A stretch of 32,575 bases of DNA, taken from IMG/VR virus record IMGVR_UViG_2711768076_000008. One strand, 5' to 3'. Positions 26,412 through 32,575 of this stretch are shown one piece after another. Position 1 is the first letter of the stretch. Every line of letters starts with the position of its first letter. The stretch is from a virus. Lineage: Duplodnaviria > Heunggongvirae > Uroviricota > Caudoviricetes. Both the position numbers and the translations under genes were made by a program. Under the pieces are notes generated by a model that saw only the letters and a program-made list of their open reading frames with translations, did not search any database and was not told the origin of the DNA.

Positions 26412-26740
26412 TGGAGACGTTTCACTGGAAAGTGCGCCCGGATATGAATGTGGTATCAGAGCCGAAAGTGGTGACAGTGAAGCTGGGCGATGGTTATGAA
26501 CAGCGTCGTGCGGCGGGACTGAATAACCAGTTGTCGACTTACAGCGTGACGATACGTGTTCGTAAATGTGAACACCCATCTTTAAAAGCCTTTCTGGAAC
26601 GGCACGGTGGCGTCCGTGCATTTCAGTGGACGCCACCTTATGACTGGAAACCGATTAGGGTGGTTTGTCGTAAATGGTCGGCAAGCGTGGGGGCGCTGTG
26701 GGTAACCATAACGGCAGATTTTGAACAGGTCGTGGCATAG
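26411..26740 (+). CDS. M: minor tail protein M
   Basis: 109 aa, METFHWKVRPDMNV...GDGYEQR...TYSVT... aligns with lambda gpM as I recall it. Confidence 0.9.
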   Translation: METFHWKVRPDMNVVSEPKVVTVKLGDGYEQRRAAGLNNQLSTYSVTIRVRKCEHPSLKAFLERHGGVRAFQWTPPYDWKPIRVVCRKWSASVGALWVTITADFEQVVA

Positions 26741-26749
26741 GAGGCTCTG

Positions 26750-27448
26750 ATGCAGGATATTCCACAGGAAACACATCATGAGACGACACGCCTCACTCAG
26801 TCAGCCCAGGTGGTGCTCTGGGAAATCGATCTGACAGAGGTCGGTGGTGAACGTTATTTTTTCTGTAATGAGCAGAACGAAAAAGGTGAGCCGGTTACCT
26901 GGCAGGGGCGGCAGTATCAGGCATACCCCATTCAGGGGACAGGATTTGAACTGAACGGCAAGGGCAGTGCTGCCCGTCCGACACTGACGGTTTCTAACCT
27001 GCACGGCATGGTCACGGGGATGGCGGAAGACCTGCAGAGTCTGGTCGGCGGAACGGTGGTCAGGCGTAAGGTTTACGCCCGTTTTCTGGATGCGGTGAAC
27101 TTCGTCAACGGAAACAGTGACGCCGATCCGGAGCAGGAGGTGATCAGCCGCTGGCGCATCGAGCAGTGCAGCGAACTGAGTGCGGTCAGTGCCTCCTTTG
27201 TGTTGTCCACACCGACGGAAACGGATGGTGCTGTTTTTCCGGGGCGTATCATGCTGGCCAACACCTGCACCTGGACCTATCGCGGTGATGAGTGCGGTTA
27301 TAGTGGTCCGGCGGTCGCGGATGAATATGACCAGCCGACGTCCGATATCACGAAGGATAAATGCAGCAAATGCCTGAGCGGTTGTAAGTTCCGCAATAAC
27401 GTCGGCAACTTTGGCGGCTTCCTTTCCATTAACAAACTTTCGCAGTAA
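26750..27448 (+). CDS. L: minor tail protein L
   Basis: 232 aa, near-identical to lambda gpL as I recall it (VVLWEIDLTEVGGERYFFCNEQNEKGEPVTWQGRQYQ...). Confidence 0.95.
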   Translation: MQDIPQETHHETTRLTQSAQVVLWEIDLTEVGGERYFFCNEQNEKGEPVTWQGRQYQAYPIQGTGFELNGKGSAARPTLTVSNLHGMVTGMAEDLQSLVGGTVVRRKVYARFLDAVNFVNGNSDADPEQEVISRWRIEQCSELSAVSASFVLSTPTETDGAVFPGRIMLANTCTWTYRGDECGYSGPAVADEYDQPTSDITKDKCSKCLSGCKFRNNVGNFGGFLSINKLSQ

Positions 27449-27453
27449 ATCCC

Positions 27454-28197
27454 ATGACACAGACAGAATCAGCGATTCTGGCGCACGCCCGGCGATGTGC
27501 GCCAGCGGAGTCGTGCGGCTTCGTGGTGAGAACGCCGGAAGGGGAAAGATATTTTCCCTGCGTGAATATCTCCGGTGAGCCGGAGGCGTATTTCCGGATG
27601 TCGCCGGAGGACTGGCTGCGGGCAGAGATGCAGGGTGAGATTGTGGCGCTGGTCCACAGCCACCCCGGTGGTCTGCCCTGGCTGAGTGAGGCTGACAGGC
27701 GGCTGCAGGTGCAGAGCGATTTGCCTTGGTGGCTGGTCTGCCGGGGTGAGATTCATAAATTCCGCTGTGTGCCGCATCTTACCGGGCGGCGCTTTGAGCA
27801 CGGGGTGACGGACTGTTACACGCTGTTCCGGGATGCTTATCATCTGGCGGGGATTGAGATGCCGGATTTTCATCGCGGGGATGACTGGTGGCGTCACGGT
27901 CAGAATCTCTATCTGGATAATCTGGAGGCAACGGGGCTGTATCAGGTGCCGTTGTCAGCGGCGCAGCCGGGCGATGTGCTGCTGTGCTGTTTTGGTTCAT
28001 CGGTGCCGAATCATGCCGCCATTTACTGTGGTGACGGCGAGCTGCTGCACCATATTCCTGAACAACTGAGCAAACGAGAGAGGTATACCGACAAATGGCA
28101 GCGACGCACACACTCCCTCTGGCGTCACCGGGCATGGCACGCATCTGCCTTTACGGGGATTTGCAACGATTTGGCCGCCGCATCGACCTTCGTGTGA
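27454..28197 (+). CDS. K: tail tip assembly protein K (JAB/MPN and NlpC/P60-like)
   Basis: Strong match to lambda gpK as I recall it; its 3' end overlaps the start of I as in lambda. Confidence 0.9.
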   Translation: MTQTESAILAHARRCAPAESCGFVVRTPEGERYFPCVNISGEPEAYFRMSPEDWLRAEMQGEIVALVHSHPGGLPWLSEADRRLQVQSDLPWWLVCRGEIHKFRCVPHLTGRRFEHGVTDCYTLFRDAYHLAGIEMPDFHRGDDWWRHGQNLYLDNLEATGLYQVPLSAAQPGDVLLCCFGSSVPNHAAIYCGDGELLHHIPEQLSKRERYTDKWQRRTHSLWRHRAWHASAFTGICNDLAAASTFV

Positions 28198-28742
28198 AAA
28201 CGGGGGCCGAAGCCATCCGGGCGCTGGCCACACAGCTCCCGGCGTTTCGTCAGAAACTGAATGACGGCTGGTATCAGGTGCGCATTGCCGGGCGTGATGC
28301 AGGTGAAACCGAATTATCTGCCCGTCTTAATGAGCCGCTGGCAAATGGTGCCGTGATCCACATCGTACCGCGCCTGGCGGGGGCTAAAAGTGGCGGCGTA
28401 TTTCAGGCTGTGCTGGGGGCGGCGCTGATTGCGGTGGCATGGTGGAACCCTGCAGGCTGGCTGGGTGCTGCGGCTTTATCGGGCATGTATGCGGCAGGAG
28501 CCAGTATGATCCTAGGCGGTGTGGCCCAGATGCTGGCACCGAAAGCCCGGACGCCCACAGCGACCAGCACGGATAACGGTAAGCAGAACACCTATTTCTC
28601 GTCACTGGATAACATGGTTGCTCAGGGCAATGTTCTGCCTGTTCTGTACGGTGAAATGCGTGTGGGGTCGCGGGTGGTTTCTCAGGAGATCAGCACGGCA
28701 GACGAAGGTGACGGTGGTCAGGTTGTGGTGATTGGTCGCTGA
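28095..28742 (+). CDS. I: tail tip assembly protein I
   Basis: MAATHTLPLASPGMARICLYGDLQRFGRRIDLRVKTGAEAIRALATQLPAFRQKL... aligns with lambda gpI as I recall it. Confidence 0.9.
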   Translation: MAATHTLPLASPGMARICLYGDLQRFGRRIDLRVKTGAEAIRALATQLPAFRQKLNDGWYQVRIAGRDAGETELSARLNEPLANGAVIHIVPRLAGAKSGGVFQAVLGAALIAVAWWNPAGWLGAAALSGMYAAGASMILGGVAQMLAPKARTPTATSTDNGKQNTYFSSLDNMVAQGNVLPVLYGEMRVGSRVVSQEISTADEGDGGQVVVIGR

Positions 28743-28799
28743 TGCAAAATGTTTTATGTGAAACCGCCTGCTGGCGGTTTTGTCGTTTATGGAGCATGA

Positions 28800-32201
<3,402 letters not shown>

Positions 32202-32220
32202 ATTTTATAACCCATAACGG

Positions 32221-32245
32221 GCGTCAGAAATGACGCCTTTTTTAT
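32221..32245 (+). terminator. rho-independent terminator after J
   Basis: GGCGTCA-GAAA-TGACGCC followed by TTTTTT. Confidence 0.7.
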
Positions 32246-32267
32246 TGCAGAAAAGCGAGAGGTAATT

Positions 32268-32575
32268 ATGCGTAAACTTTATGCCGCCATTTTGTCCGCA
32301 GCCATTTGTCTGGCCGTATCCGGTGCGCCTGCATGGGCGTCTGAACATCAGTCCACGCTGAGCGCGGGGTATCTTCATGTCTCGACGAACGTTCCCGGCA
32401 GCGATGATCTGAACGGGATTAACGTGAAATACCGTTATGAGTTTTCGGACACACTGGGGATGGTGACGTCTTTCAGCTATGCAGGAGACAAGAATCGCCA
32501 GCTGACCCATTACAGCGATACCCGCTGGCATGAAGATTCCGTTCGTAACCGCTGGTTCAGCGTAATGGCGGGGCC
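32268..32575 (+). CDS. lom: Lom/Ail-family outer membrane protein, 5' partial (runs off the window end)
   Basis: MRKLYAAILSAAICLAVSGAPAWASEHQSTLSAGYLHVSTN... matches lambda Lom as I recall it (signal peptide plus beta-barrel start). Absent from the ORF track because there is no in-window stop. Confidence 0.85.
   Translation, partial: MRKLYAAILSAAICLAVSGAPAWASEHQSTLSAGYLHVSTNVPGSDDLNGINVKYRYEFSDTLGMVTSFSYAGDKNRQLTHYSDTRWHEDSVRNRWFSVMAG

Overview
The window is a contiguous piece of a lambdoid prophage or phage genome of E. coli/enterobacterial type, with genes in lambda order. All calls rest on reading the supplied ORF translations and the DNA by eye and on recalled family knowledge; no database search or computation was run. 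Left to right: a CI-like repressor divergent from a Cro-like/YdaT-like pair; a replication initiator carrying two iteron clusters inside its own coding sequence; a nin-like block of small genes with a Hok/Gef-family toxin locus, a DUF968 protein, RusA and a Q-like antiterminator; then an AT-rich three-gene operon on the opposite strand; four tRNA genes; a phage-21-type lysis cassette (dual-start holin, SAR endolysin, Rz with embedded Rz1); a Rha-family gene; a lambda-like cos candidate; terminase small and large subunits, gpW-like protein, portal, and a ClpP-type protease fused to the major capsid; then tail genes closely matching lambda Z, U, V, G/T, H, M, L, K, I, J and the start of lom. The best candidate for an undescribed system is the minus-strand three-gene operon at 8576-10124 (a 293-aa soluble protein plus two small membrane proteins) sitting in the Q-to-lysis moron hotspot; I could not match any of its three proteins to a known family. 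No CRISPR array, rRNA, integrase or transposase is visible.
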